A stretch of DNA of 39,709 bases from a candidate division FCPU426 bacterium (GCA_030637655.1 DAOWGI010000097.1:1-39709); one strand, 5' to 3'. Shown: positions 36,001 through 36,717, numbered from the stretch's first letter. Notes: a model not told the origin generated them from the sequence alone. Numbers and translations: made by a program.

Positions 36001-36630
36001 CAAAAGCTCGCGCAAATCATACACAAAACCCTGGCTTTCGTAATTGAGGAAGCTCATGACCATGGCCCGGCTCTCATCGTACAGCTTGGCTTCTTCAATA
36101 CCATCCAGGAAAACCGGATACTGACCGGTAGCAGCATAATATTCAGCACCGCTCATTTTGCCTTGTTTCATGAAATACTTGCCGGTCTCTTTTTTAACTT
36201 TGGCATTCGGAAATTTGGAGAGGTGAGTGACATTCACCGGCAGGGAAGCGCCTTCAATGGCCACCAGTTTCAAGGCATGCTTGCCGGCCATATGGTCAAT
36301 AATATTGGCAATATTGGTCTGGACCTCGTAATTGCAGTGCAGATCCTGAACATGCACTACGAGCCGGCCTTGACCTTGATAGGCATTTAAGACTGTTCCA
36401 AAATCTTTTGGTATCGCAACGGTCTGCTCGTTAAAAATTACAGTGTCTTTTGATCCGGGATAGGCCTTGGCATCAAACGCCCAAGTCAGATACGGAAACA
36501 CAAAGGTCACAGTGACTAATAAAGCAATAATCTTGGTGAATATCTTTCTTTCCGGCTTGTGCCAATTCTTCATGAACAAAACCTGTTCAGGATCCAGACT
36601 GTTCATGATAAATGCCATGAAATTACTCAT
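1..36630 (-). CDS. Giant multidomain membrane/envelope protein, >=12,210 aa, 3' end beyond the window
   Basis: ATG at 36628-36630 follows a purine-rich RBS (AGGAAAAGGGTGA) and translates MSNFMAFIMNSLDPEQVLFMKNWHKPERKIFTKIIALLVTVTFVFPYLTWAFD. The same frame still reads as protein at the left edge (...EHDIKKVMLAIAKMKDLPEG). I found no in-frame stop while translating. The track lists no minus-strand ORF in this frame, as expected if no stop lies in the window. The true start may be a later Met (M5, M9 or M20). Confidence 0.93.
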   Translation of the reverse strand, partial: MSNFMAFIMNSLDPEQVLFMKNWHKPERKIFTKIIALLVTVTFVFPYLTWAFDAKAYPGSKDTVIFNEQTVAIPKDFGTVLNAYQGQGRLVVHVQDLHCNYEVQTNIANIIDHMAGKHALKLVAIEGASLPVNVTHLSKFPNAKVKKETGKYFMKQGKMSGAEYYAATGQYPVFLDGIEEAKLYDESRAMVMSFLNYESQGFVYDLRELLHELKTGIYNPELQELDDRKLAYREGEISLIKYAVYLVRYGCRIKLDLSAQVNLAKYVSVRRNVMPQDVDSDAVYQEIDTLDADIRSCLYTTDAQQQLDDALAKLDLMEKLLNISATPEELTAFQQNPDAYTVKHFVNLIKKHDTLSDMLLDAEVYGLDKYLEKVSAFYRMADERSEVFVSNTLRKMNRYSTQTAVMVTGGFHTERVLQEMQARGISYLSVRPRITHKNLVNPYFALMRNRKTPLEKLLAENQNILSLAPESPQVREALLCNADGEWVSRLLTPEEEAAQPENVRVFVNLMRMVLQKIDFANEVESGKSKVSEIRTACEADMANYPYANGLVVDWENVVSSGNTYIVPFQGISVSAIIQPRGANQQLGALELARLDMAGFQYEIVVMDNETIAQVQERILAGGRAGVRHGGTRLRAGLIQLMAPMAIMTTGGAVLVTGQQNGAFKNFTQAFSGITTGLPNMAGNFRNNVGSSLSNLRNDFSRQFFDEKGKLNHSVRFIASVGIIFLGIGLTLFAGVPGPVSAVIAAVVMVALNLPEIMRAVRDWSSKGPLAILADSKPESVGDQIQSGWLSSKWVKVGVGAVAALLLGPLTSFAQASTSVLYTVTKGDWLGMIAARLGTTAEAIQALNPSIINIDKIFPGQKIQIVAEKLGDAAQHAKGAIIETSQSVVSEVAKQVVDLEPAAIEAVKQTAENIPAAAEPMVEIAKAAVQPLADIVQVAPQAAKEVVAAAQQAAQPMAVNFSSLLADILSSPYLEVIGVSVAIIAAIFLISYSVRRFRSPGVELFKKIQNGMIASIQGVVRTVRGLTSRQFLALAGIGAVVGVLIVGGLQIPGFMEGLGVATVITQGLIVGSMAFFIIQLRRVIHRLKFENWFSGGWKKVFAIILILSFLNMPAGQFQAAETKKVGDRPGISLVAEKETKVEMEIVSAAVKPVEKKTERTSEARQEIGIEKITKDNIVRIAKKESPEHIEDKTLVVQVPETEIKKAKKSIVEEDANAALKHAEKKKTTKFRDFGKHFQMMLKKTPSDTKAATDIKRLDLPWDYTSYGKAVERLRLNPFAERILASTIDFSTENQSLLWNSRISPQLRFRLGSIGGDQWLRDIEEKMWEDEREGATWGFIVELTYAPDWGTLYRISKPTITDRFSWSYGLGLESTLGLYTDYSKLRPYGDITAVGSINSQWKWGSRNQWFYDMGLSARYSILRYMPELAAQGRTPAQQGLAIGPAFTIGRSWSDGNVLSWGTGIQATDAGLFDFKENGELRARGQFSPYLRTGPTWTTPGGTQLQLFYALTADDWKFEKDSQNHSVNLQLSIPIETITKRVDRFCRGIIGHDYSAAAASQTAKRAFGTGVVGMVLAALTYFGLTFLLGAGAYNTILTTSLVAVIGAMIPFLTAWQTNHWSRIIKRVMPGGDAIARDRGELTKEQIAALRDLKFSRNKVERDLYQAILTHESYSSHTWGNWAMNPVIGRLIRFFKSPDQPDRAAEIDVQVGSGDSIFKGAAGDELFDALWRSDDKVAAVKKLRELVEKQDLTLEQFKATLSWFKSRAFQMRAQAELDKHSNKKDKMTYLQADTALSMAVSSFIAAVLLSGNKEVKTFVRKQFDEKKTDQDLLCGLAEYRLVDIGKDIKLTSIEKKANDLVKKANSALKWEAHKNQTEFEKMKPSDLADRLEVIIDERIEGLVKIKDADRGFPGLGLLAKRVQRTKVRAAAKVLENLRKEIRVIAGNDGIAVGERVADIMKLAQAGNGAAPLPFIVLSHKENRKLFAGKELYAEMVARRDAGKIVTDVEAAEAKAGLARWEEYQRNIKLGQTVQVLNLRDKLDEDWTMFRYIMKLAWSKVDAAQITQDQLSTDKAGNPRKLRVGMGFSMYGEINRLQPNISESPLGHPSGEDALRQKVEQLDDNFAWNENLQWELYAVDDSGDPYKPKHENPDSITDIAKIDEIIMEFAEQSRLASEEDRKIETDYLILRVPEDVMKDEKKILEIREKAKATLLNIGEKLDEQFDVRVQEAKIEFDRLDKKFKEVNKRVDFILSITGIPGSIAMVIANLKPVVWITSKISGFIATGIITGLDIIKSILILIADLPVISTIITFITGIILFLAKITGITLLFSGIADVLSGIKGLSAIVSATGIAGIMGKIFGFLLHLDAMTLTIIGVSGLLIYLFPYIFGAKRKSFETETFKKGDIDLNKLSKALAKKHKVNTLVLKKLGMKADELAGLTEEQALEALNYVLVNEDLYIAADIEDEKLRQAICSIQIRAKENTEFGGKLTPKDLLLLNRSLLQKHFGAVLQPSMNLKELRDEAEFDLQNAENAKAKNIDEIRRIPKDGITLTIIAGDTPFLTDPAECAAQEGPPILFTNDACSSGRVMDNIKKQILLEHPTQAERYKKQINVEYFTDRLRSRGYTAKQAQESKKGGGVKESMQWQVEQGVDLVCSTDLDTSVNLSFTGSLIKPHFDSGTEMLGLTYGSRVGRESVVYGKPFTRKVMSAAFNTMVRMILSIGSIPDTQCGFKCFKPEVVQKVIELSSSIRMEFETEVQTLTILSGHKVRGIEIPWVDSAKESTVAAGRDSAEFLLAAVEQRLLHMTGHDISQYEHSFLDSAAKFRFATLMMIVDGMILSFKFPDLTKKYWALLSEDGRVPEGLVGKIGLALGYRKSPIFKQAAAVRYVQRKLKLQEAYFPAALNPFAVDLSSVNADIRREKIDFSDIRDDFLQALRRDGNITNAMSDAIINKLDGQPADVPAEFMRIVQEMVYRTKVLYFLVAETGLSINEAENVIDMAVEFDYSDVRKLKKALITLGQDFGAISKLNTFNLSDNTGLEAILMRLQNIDAKRRGKQGFSEEVVQSVIDAYYAEQTNLQVQLDYSEKARNSDQVKTLAAKFLNEIQGDDRGQLMSLENEIARLAGLDSIEAQELHALEERITEIANPGLLIFAISAVAYLETPQKQVNVVNQVRKAVVAAVMAHSQYGQISELVDQQFVVANTPEAGGLMIRPAEYQAEGFFEGTAITLADVQGVDADKPRQTVAALLNKLNTGRQTKLNDIETQKAGVNLAKTAIAMIKGKDSRVYKPSQMQRLAENQAIAFIGSILVGAGFLVFGVHIITFSIIAIFSLTVGWFLAYGVTRSKTRGWIMALLAAVFAFAITYGAFFHIILAIIELNLAQVLTGLAWIIFLNITSVTVGKITKNLLWNKGMLGKVSTIGMVIVGLYFGDWVFQLLNGGLWFQGLAQIGPIFKFGPVITMFDVNWGPFFQLGWINILFGPVIGLLLGLVKLMTLERSKGRQQPLRQRVLSIAKQAVILIVVPIGGFFNWLIQMYYRLQGQKQPLRQDMDSWLDSEIFLVDHAALRNENGQLSSQGMAILKTANEYMYDRGYENIELKGVESLGPGLIGSVAALFSLEEIQQQAAAGQNRLAAIRITRTGVKSGAVAMDGADGTVDFTQQVQTYAESRESQLDRQAAFVVSRIEHMFSQAEAEFLINAVGITFDNGMDSAGKMVFMQMVRDQLAAKGLEVVDIRWGDASRLDAQTEIRVNNFTREKIGYLALEQEGMHARLFKRQTADIFFEKARVFMQGLKYGDRAKETPAQTEATETPEIYTPRAFLNQAAVSTAVASFPRFLPFIGKRLGSGILAKAVTFMIMAPYALYMAFFMNTKKVELMATGDQLQVAKWLSLDVAAYHVPFRERTADIHPVMERQYADRVDVVFHTYEWEKYISFYMSEKGITDRSAAEMALLSQASRNNICINLETVFAREEAQSLGLSDKDYVIAANQVAVAEKLMQEKIEMVKLLRARWQTENKGKQIPVKIVFDPWHISEIYFAELEQAKQSGKDVKDVRKKLAGKLQRFFDQAGDMVGRLHISNTPYNMLGAGEFLTHGLSVFDRNSIIDINGFLSYANEKIPGIWQNATLEVNPCYGLVKQPLLVKVFLALAVPALILGVLIKAAVLSPAAAGKAYGIGALSTNIRIGIVRIFKYIFFNDEAEGIRVANREAETKRAEYQADTQSTYASVIDYLDTVLESNKTNRENILMTLLLTPSADQISRDLKIDNLVSLLEKETKLSVISRILLDLQFAEVSWVKSSGYEAAVLERIKQAIFNNPVYQKYLQPQNLAAAQTPREFKERFEAGWRERLRKQQISLGELTQTIKSVQAQNIEENVSAFQNIIAQLEIIAKVDINGLDGDEYQQVQKAFQAIRQSAEWLYQFQTEGLNEDQVNLLKLISNTGSIQGYREEIDQILRAATGLLIEFDRSYLSFDELPNQAFSNIHSFKGEIQKKIKQRYQAVKTAIEGLGAVDAASLDDTAWQLYQNIFTAAKAEATFMFEEMIIGLELEEYNYVKNVSAAESMADYEMIKLEDRTSLLTICQAESRVLVMQGHDGRDHSYVITEVNEEQKYALGVELATGAIHRIVIADEAQAKQAEKLQRRFDRQGLPGLAAFKFQTNDVRVIDQVGEQARMPKIKNQSFIVTAEPLGQTAQEYLKEKVEALQANEQEISQAEAKQAELISTLDQLEPDMKLLQHYEWMLKGSQDRLTRIEAEIAKLAGKAVLLKKEKIRLQSLRSRRAEVRQQLVKFQTQVRKITNKVNETAGKLSEYKTARELVVALDAELTPLYDELGKFYHEREKMKLAHLARITELAQKFQKAVNIFETNGVVYTGDLNQVLINADGDIMITDYYKTDAQAAPQTSFYQRFKNILFDFQHDVYDKRNVIKIADFMKYLNQDVKGKTVLEMDVQEFREFLDKQVETAEAEVRDLQQELSAAQSKLNQEPENTTCQKALEEIQTQLTEAQKKTERLKARYQDKHFDSEYNTNLNNYVNIIEKARKSRGNADRYMGQKTFSNLPLLSQGLYFLGAVVMAAAGIWIVVLMIASGSPFLLAMGVLFALGFSTILIDSFIPGAVRGARFSVLGIMFAIVPAFIFFTQAVVIFVIAIGVIWLVDFNREAGLADKRGELKYTTDRSVIGDEHEFRAEDTRVAATQRRGFYGSVRQIDKDLNTIWSKMGYMIQDRSALSQQVSEEEVKKAIDIARQQQGIKPGEKLIISVSTTLSDWMGIYRRNEIAGAVGTLDTIFKRIGAYGMPPELHPLLNNLVVDRRILPKQAKRKADFLDGLAKAAAEAKDQKTVSDPIEDIKLLYEIQRWLGDIRADETAAELRRLQSSARERTAKMPIEALGSGFRAEDMDLRAVVSNITSAGRDGELVPKDLQPFEMEKLHEMLKLLRKGKAVAADETQRLANLWQQLSDRNLQDPESIEDLVRIADAQKTLNADAATAITGLKQLNKYVELHLSTQLAQIAKDIENLRQLIIASFGSEVKRPLVIADPKLRQLYNVLADQGLLDNLKTLADPSKKLQAMTYLRDVCQSVGQRGRIHPHALELATMGQRIGEIIAGNLKIKTDLPAIGTGVLTTLSQVANDEMDIIPELQAKDKNTQKPIPNKLINLKGEMGRLGKSGGVSEFMQQTIIELANAAGPEVEFVMMVNSPPGPLRYKKEIPLHSLLPERVDDNGVVFSPALKHNNLKLIQTYHDEGTNIDFLYNLPRNLSESYRSNSVIEFINMLLTSQGDKNKLGAVVAHISRSINSFLKPQVAVYHHVAERVDLKATQEQVGPLEEVGTWGLSQMIYGGYLNKIMFLQPEYARAISQYNPWYPNLINRTGVVPHQLLNKAEVGPAIDYTRLSLNEMYAFTFGKLGSYKFTDIYYQAVMEIQENQRKKTQLTIKKNARLKVVAEFPGDPQRQKRKLSYYQYQAAIRLRLKNSKSLSADEALAEDQVKEEIQKQVTIFLEEQKRLPQNVSEEKAVIQQALSEDIQELLDAEIEKHLINIHFTGGPHPNPALAGDKFAGEAVARYVMGLVGSNILYTGFVEDEDVARYYKAGIHLMSHTFGTGRPGPLANFPEVLAIALLSVPDIYRVHLAEGMRFFFLGGYATVKREEVVQMRNNAMKLFARQLNRTFFEKGTVKITPEQVFRLFKNQFFVDKAFFADLPKDDEDTRIDLDLMANHIRSLAKTPAGRLKIKGITIRINQELGEPGITLLGNDVKDTDNEDEKARKLTNDMILLIEAITSDASRKAMMSDLITSLDETEDRMAGQQKKASFSDAGTQAAIDTIEAEADTEAESTEIEKQEPLNFKGAFFRGILGSGLMIVGVVFLITSSAVVFPLLGMVLGIIILAFLSERNPGISLLCLGLGSLATGITLIIISSWAVVPVIMGVFGLLMLSGWAGRQLSLNATKEQRKARAFEKAGFQTGDVIIPETIFRLNRDLVDFFRFFETPQGKKAMTEAALLNRQIQTQYEPARVMRNYVLQIMEVLHNKLPWYQRWGQYMWYVNPIGRVLIDIGLHPHGFVRQTSRFIGHYFKQILLLLPVTISVKIYDTFIKSFLQIVLPKIKDAVIWLKDKVAVPMVSIFITGVSLAMDGIIRFFRLEIVGNVTQIIKDIANFIKDEIIIRFAKFVWRNMKRILKKFWEEKLVPFFRVLDKVWNKHIRPVVITAQDWLVVRLKFIADLIIRFKAPIMGAVFFNMAIIAFATGTSDISAQLITNTMKVAVSYDLSQTLLVVSLMLMINYATTYFIEFFTEKSFRYNTMKTLAQMSYGLVPTLLYQVAVLFMVAVFLGPILVEPGYYALLRMLETTLVGVFISYWGNQNIVQKMTGRLKIPVLLAKDNIVFLLRAVILMLPKPASVLFKENVWDVYIWPVIKFFHLDPFFIWLQNISIDIYHVFIETVQNLIQFLDISPMHWLYSVAIIYLAWKLVKFFNYIGLEKFARGNWRYLTTGTIAVIALSILFNWHMSIPVIQVFVGLILAEKFVKGIVEGVRRTGKTIRELRKMRPGPAAGAMLWGTLKFFGKVFYFIAIGIVFTFWLYGGFAYANYYIVAGIVAVVTTIFSLWSAGKTGLLGKSPWRMIAVIVSVVTGMFFVGSILTANTFLPGFFAITSGLLILMVFGMFRIFYSPRTRQRIRSEHTDPLIEKRLKKMNEVIPMDDLVWREKAFRRLFIYAALAAMVFFSAMGQIRIPGIAYSLPLSLLTPTVSIQGPWLVIFLTALLSLGVFALIQIVRNRINRKPSDQEKREAKPGFWRRAILNMAMFGLIVLSVLPLAKKADSHMGSPRSLKWPSLQTAFDNLINRTAPIDRQRVSSWFTPREDRTTETGVKQAQGGRRTRADTARIGPVNQIDYLLNGLCSHTQNDEIIRPPNAIQNREYKNLETPVTFKRITTKGLVQPLFYDKDAKQLLYSPVYVTRDLNNFYLEAKSGQPRAQVNFLMSPDELNRTRYLRYDYNGIYKGQKSWLDVKITVLTNNRQEQEIYVRPWFTYGYVSLDLKGAILREGLDITDITVAEVSIRINHSQGEVFGNLQNLRLASEHTEFWKRVQTIDIYDYQQVKAFCQDMNISFTFFIMTMQDLIYGYSEDNSRVYEIGKYNFYARRTSEIPRFINDIQTDAQQVSLALESLADDAQQQNWTDEEKKRRVFAKLKKLRLAGNKQLKKELIDMHKAFGTERWSVVELERKLRLRWAGIAADGWENKYFWTFIVPEEHVYRPVNFEREYRKFMVTAPGHGKPRAGYSGEELFSPAIVQYKDTAFVVDSNLPEQPETLANNQISLVNFLVTPQLNLSPAGFENMLTMESMFKIETLCLDYMLNSAKRNGKLSLADQVTLSAFEQGRITPEQKKAMFQGLGLQEVYTSEESLLQAYRLAQMLKPYSTVKSLKYNLFRRKELRTTFANQRKLLSMNNQVELLKQFGSQEELLTAWSNNMNLHTLVRQHALRKYSALELETRILYYNWEILKFYPGDRLQHELATKFSGGGGKIGHSNPKLDMRDRDDYAILTELNYVIAQNGHNPITMNDLKRIQREDSGMKMVVDESGIRHFIPWPRYFFSKYWTPQVLYDFIRTRHPAYFYGNTDARVLPLHELAIENSNVGETWDQMKTTVGTQFETTGVQALCDKYGVSPDILRGLLDLSAWEFNELANESQVKLGLLKPIRRDLRKQAEVDFDARLKAGDKTLLAEIDQEAQILINEARVQGKRLLFDTARTQAIPGVKEQWVRRAWQNQEAPLFDQAQKKAQTELERGRAKDILLAVYIDQLDKLPDYGLKDAADMLDLMHDPERLWKTGVMEEDNYDQMVDLLLSDRLLVKYGIYTRGDMDKIFQSMMFARQQWYKPEARFIRPEPVAGGQSPIDDELVGITKVLIGEYKRISTEGTNWKLRFMQWCIDAFKKGRDIPSVKPIETGELFVAYDKSQLTLENFFEMLNSNAQQQREALFWRKVADKVQLGRVLPTDLVEYIKGMELKFEQELGINFWKVNPSLTDEQLLQHFSPYKLLHKDIADQWLALDGWNELRAARYIGQLFYRSRMGEDITLNNTLFRNFVMNEMANRPDMTPVKPFTVQSFDFFQMTDERIEQAFEDGEIPIPVVASRDRYVLSKNLRVWGMDERGVRITQNPDNSIDIKGTSTRQRTGYATGKMIIPTDMNVVAIQVDEITPGTPLFIKIVGDKFQHEGEVEAQIHRKRVQQLIKELQAKATNEADRHQAVELAYKIAEQEAKQRRQKHVQAVSARPTEKIEKPLVALDIPQGGQTYFVVLPKDKLAEVGGAIRLDIGLVGQWMEETVRGHEDPESGTLTTAKGRNEVVAGTGARIKGISLLRPDRCPPEIQYMIENPGITLITQYGYVNPDAGSRPNIGVDVTKQRTQFSIPTERNTQGVFSGLDIHTVRDADGNYWIRMRGNGDQQWRFAYKLPEMVEKVTGVTGEYQVRGKPVEGYGQITDKQQGNVIKLVGANLDESKQPAWWDAATTQSIQSTLQDIQNQDGNSARVFVPYQAFGRENVNKAYLSKLEQIVRQAKARNMMVAISLFNGYTDYDLDTHETENQAHAQTIIQCLGKYPNIIWGLTDRPDQAVRNKPEFIQRIYAHENSIRWHKKMVSFIKTIDNRQHAVMIETTSADAVYRLLDPHVLEKVDIISIQADDPNSPLGPQIEKIKAFLRNNTLNCAIVIADFPGQVSESSVEQLNTTLFAAHDISGIFFAYQAGQVNTLPPGFQDLAKTRATDLSEVQAKPRQLKVYVDKSDTTRLIKFADNSFTEQMWQSRSMDVEVTRVQPEKEEDRPLLSSGSVEVFNGNHRNARDATPDKIDTPGIMVKGNARPAQSGTPAPNQGAVRMPGRVKVHLDRENVCLKLALDQRRGQYFVQIHNSTLGTMNLVQESESFGEEINIADFLRQHGLRGEQSFELSFGIRDMRSQNGNLDAQAVFQFKIVKSDAVEAIKDKPGTLQQNTILVPKNAGEWIRPIIDPEGTGKIEQTEEKGGKEYGISNIRVRLTELPVAIMAYAHSQTPLANLQLAIEVSPEMARRAGKEKNWIRLSPYLSKGLMYYEIGPEARELLLKNKETGEYYEFVLKPSLSTEMEMVSCDGQQALLSIQMLDAAQDARFKILLQGKGQAPNIIIGSAEHQDPRRKIIRIQKGAERQPIKTPEKSLSEPGVDNKDFLPMLQSPYIDLKTIVELCSIRGMAGTMNSRYLVVGTEFPVVTSIPRNSIGMSADQIQYNQRYGGVPTDLRSDAATMGFQRGMNSMTPFVEYLVNSPQYSLNRVLVGNSGYDRLQIHTGFEKIGTVPWYKFQRGGMTMWEKETRRTLMDDINPDVRALHGGDFEVKEHSDEYRNRIIKEFEKDLTGSHEVPKSLQTIWRVCKTIHNSLAIQLILLVVLLILNLVLRTKTFNRLLYRLSETPKRAMLAAFIIWFTLHGVSRSWNHIWDWWTYFNQQVEPQRVTRFLGSNPYFYGKIGYYHPWPFKIIALVDNLLYKAGLQGDGGVIIYEQQKGTKEVVLDSDVRVKAWLDAVVPKKYTLDQYNQMARNMGFPDFQTYIKARRLAGSQLAVFIQNCGDILLEKKLNSRELPRSKGRVLLHTRSWQDWVRQIEKDLTTYRGGDILPLKIDKVRFQKILAKAGYRIEDMGNLPEFQTYQELYKVIDAFAGEFAYPDYHLPKLGLAPINHTNFHNDLTREIQQELNYYAKHFGFKNTTDLLTDLPPGEEVLEYLRHWKVVLPIESVRAGGLAAIQFAPQVQKEVEIVQGLKDKHDKEAWKQTQSIEKGIKASKKRHEQYTRTKLRQQRQQPQVKKKGSFQPKLFFGPIFAVLPLIGGFLVYACLDGGNAWLLLALSLPTVLAAALWLLSAPYQISLAKMAFTKRVPLTEAETVYIKNKLADLGLLDDPSAPLNIRIMPDEKGLGRLKYLFIRHGLNYNKSTNTLEVDAFFYLMSAAKQKKLLRHEWQHYLDRNLGMNLSRRLPFGLRHLFNLGTWFRKEFRGARVEFFSNKKLLQPSQADRQARRQQTMAKQRRFTRAPYRMLGYTFILLMAVIAISNNWQRVTNFWSGAFSDKTRIERTLDEAGEVAVSRTTDQPKLFLDIKDRQTTTQREHDQTPLAIERTYVETVKEWGAVRAVGEVQPDGSVVIRYVLDDVEAGKPRQDRRHGTVAAPFAIIDDIIRVIIEIKSIKGEAGVPGSAYCFINRPDGTAFTVPIALGPGENSYVIDNRFFRKMLKGYAGPLGEAEVGFLKDNYDFRATVILEELLRKTDQKDVEAFLERRAYYAEKVFQALEAAGVSDDLLKASRREAIRLLAESKKNPELLAELKRRAEKEYTLRQDEFKTNDNFKAFDDQKAERLYELEQDAMKSSVYRVMKEKAAELQYEEDQKSKNDPAYKARRQEAVNKKHELEQIRRLLPGYGSMLDVAAEYQYQERHKLTGFSELLKQADELTYQRIQKNLDLLDKILRAAAGYQYEQETEARKDPAYQKMEREAGGLAFSLVQQKLDSQKKVGKTGARDHLLAAGEKRNTLMQKEMESQAFVNQILKRDLEFDQSLRCARNQDQALFDFLLKMGRKRRKLVARHANEKGDKEFAATADSYTIELSTGKESFADADDAYIIKQRGLNLADIDKHPKRDEIMAGIWDWNQFSKERMRREIADHPHSNRLEGKKRQWDNRIELGIGRALEANPQIRDELIHQFCRQFDLDEKLVKQEWQAWDGAPGIAGVQKLSFNKFADYLLNIKWPSTKGGVPVSQRTKMRQFLQLVEMIPVYQEKISVPITTPIQREMLADKDFEPIMEKINLEIQKLQEAYTPYDEIAQKNEWIVTKLRQKDGKWGKLYRQIDWEINQLQVTDIKFGDFFQQRDVAQQETLRDDTLVGTRIRFNNYEVEEFLNQEEWYRSIQNQVFREKMKNMAYRKIMQDVENIKMGSPKYQEIMQAVADLLMTHSGYRKMIFRVEQKKMENKDYREVMREINQFMLENPKYRESIFKVNQLMMENERFRENQLKVQREKDDSDFGTIYRRIQFFATQGGYPSIDLLKFFFELSTIRSKDPVLRPVLEDIYGNLAEEQEEDEAFLKIMGPVYEQVGVEQASDPEWQRRMFNFCIGFTPGTTLQIERIILQSGNQWYILGLPKEKVETKKLTAKDRERDEEMAEKVRQYLDLSPTEIRGEDAQIKENYRNYLKRQAGIEAAKKRHDAEAREKSKAHPFRALWAYICSVLSGFAFQALYEEVQLIISTGIDNPAAGFAVIALILLGGYLIYAAVRFANIGWVVNKAVYKSMQENYLEEHQADTIPRPVKLRLFLKAIYVAPAWSDNEVRRQMSPAEIKIMDRGLELIGEIDPKVHARIMYHEKFGNDFTGMLAMLPFIQTVHEKWRQKRAQAGKTQAIREEKFFGLGKAAEGQAEQPKSAIEAEIRRLRRILPQPLNVPIRQLRELPVRIMQYLVRSILFANDRSTSGNPNLRLPLQAAAGIVLAGIFLLQSAVAVFACLPGTEPVGTISNTPRVEAFKRSTLIADDVMAGRFNTKKTEFVGLSARGNFFTRLWNGEPLGACIERTEQADHSTRVQYFVPDSLCVVLEKDIDPEAGLSERLVYYTKAFLLSSIAEYQNRKNLMESRWDPVAAAFGMSGYAGAELEKKAPEQKALARGEMTPALWQEVKRKQEAVFSTEFMSLVNGYLQEAAEALKQRESMESQAEELAAKLNLQDMLNAMPELKGWEHDIKKVMLAIAKMKDLPEG
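5190..5520 (-). other. Zincin-like HExxH module following a transmembrane hairpin
   Basis: LNYNKSTNTLEVD..KKLLRHEWQHYLD (HEWQH at 5302-5316), with a downstream Glu in KEFRGA as a possible third ligand. Confidence 0.55.
9016..9810 (-). other. GH5-like (clan GH-A) TIM barrel with both catalytic glutamates replaced
   Basis: KLVGAN..WW..IQSTLQDIQNQDGNSARVFVPY..KLEQIVRQAKARNMMVAISLF..GKYPNIIWGLTDRPD (NEPD position)..IKTIDNRQHAV..VDIISIQ..IVIADFP (EFG position). Confidence 0.72.
14760..17640 (-). other. Large polytopic membrane region (about 15 or more hydrophobic helices)
   Basis: A long series of hydrophobic segments, from GILGSGLMIVGVVFLI to AILNMAMFGLIVLSVLPLA. Confidence 0.75.
18330..19730 (-). 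other. GT-B (GT4-like) glycosyltransferase domain
   Basis: N-terminal KSGGVSEF loop, KIMFL...TGVVPH, AFTFGKLGSYK (18961-18993, compare FGRLxxxKG), IHFTGG and NILYTGFVEDEDVARYYKA (18421-18477). Confidence 0.7.
21200..21490 (-). other. Four-helix transmembrane bundle
   Basis: LYFLGAVVMAAAGIWIVVLMIA; FLLAMGVLFALGFSTILI; FSVLGIMFAIVPAFIFF; AVVIFVIAIGVIWLV. Confidence 0.75.
22000..22900 (-). other. Protein-kinase-like fold, probably a pseudokinase, with a coiled-coil insertion
   Basis: Hinge-like FIVTAEPLGQTAQEYL (22582-22629). C-lobe-like FETNGVVYTGDLNQVLINADGDIMITDY (22000-22083) resembles LHxxGIVHRDLKPxNILxxxxGxxKIxDF. Confidence 0.45.
24271..25185 (-). other. Xylose isomerase / AP endonuclease 2-like TIM barrel (sugar phosphate isomerase/epimerase family)
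   Basis: Family motifs in order: KVEL, AYHVP, VVFH, INLET, IVFDPWH (24568-24579), RLHISN, LTHG, TLEVNP. Confidence 0.75.
26060..26750 (-). other. Multi-pass transmembrane bundle (about 7 hydrophobic helices)
   Basis: Examples: AIAFIGSILVGAGFLVFGVHIITFSIIAIFSLTVGWFLAY, GWIMALLAAVFAFAITYGAFFHIILAII, WINILFGPVIGLLLGLV. Confidence 0.75.
28300..30402 (-). other. GT2 (GT-A) glycosyltransferase of the dolichyl-phosphate glucosyltransferase-like type, split by an insertion of about 437 aa
   Basis: N-half: VGMGFSMYGE...WELYAVDD (30211-30402). C-half: KKGGGV, DxD motif STDLD (28666-28674), GSR, DTQCGFK (28450-28470), EFETE, IEIPWVD. Confidence 0.85.
32035..32790 (-). other. Putative outer-membrane beta-barrel domain (about 250 aa)
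   Basis: Successive amphipathic Gly/aromatic-rich strands: WGFIVELTY, FSWSYGLGLESTLGLY, WFYDMGLSARYSIL, IGPAFTIGRSW, LSWGTGIQA, FSPYLRTGPTW, QLQLFYAL and a terminal HSVNLQLSIP. Confidence 0.55.
34039..34170 (-). other. LysM peptidoglycan/GlcNAc-binding domain
   Basis: YTVTKGDWLGMIAARLGTTAEAIQALNPSIINIDKIFPGQKIQI matches the LysM consensus YxVxxGDTLxxIA...N......I.PGQ.L.I. Confidence 0.92.
35250..36420 (-). other. N-terminal TraB/Tiki/ChaN(EreA)-like metal-binding domain of the giant protein
   Basis: Motifs occur in superfamily order: LVVHVQDLHC (H 36337-36339), LVAIEG (E 36253-36255), DERS (R 35479-35481), AVMVTGGFH (H 35395-35397). Confidence 0.6.
36478..36573 (-). other. N-terminal Sec signal peptide or signal anchor of the giant protein
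   Basis: MKNWHKPERKIFTK-IIALLVTVTFVFPYLTWA-FD: basic n-region, hydrophobic h-region and a small residue before a plausible cleavage site. Confidence 0.7.
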
Positions 36631-36717
36631 AATTTTATCACCCTTTTCCTACTGTATGTATGGTATAGAATACGTTTATATATACAATCCATGGGTATAT
36701 TTTTTTGGATTATTTTA

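Noticed and set aside
1-36630. Alternative genetic code or stop-codon readthrough as the cause of the long frame
   Set aside because: No in-frame stop codons were encountered under the standard code, and the neighbouring genes end normally at TAA.
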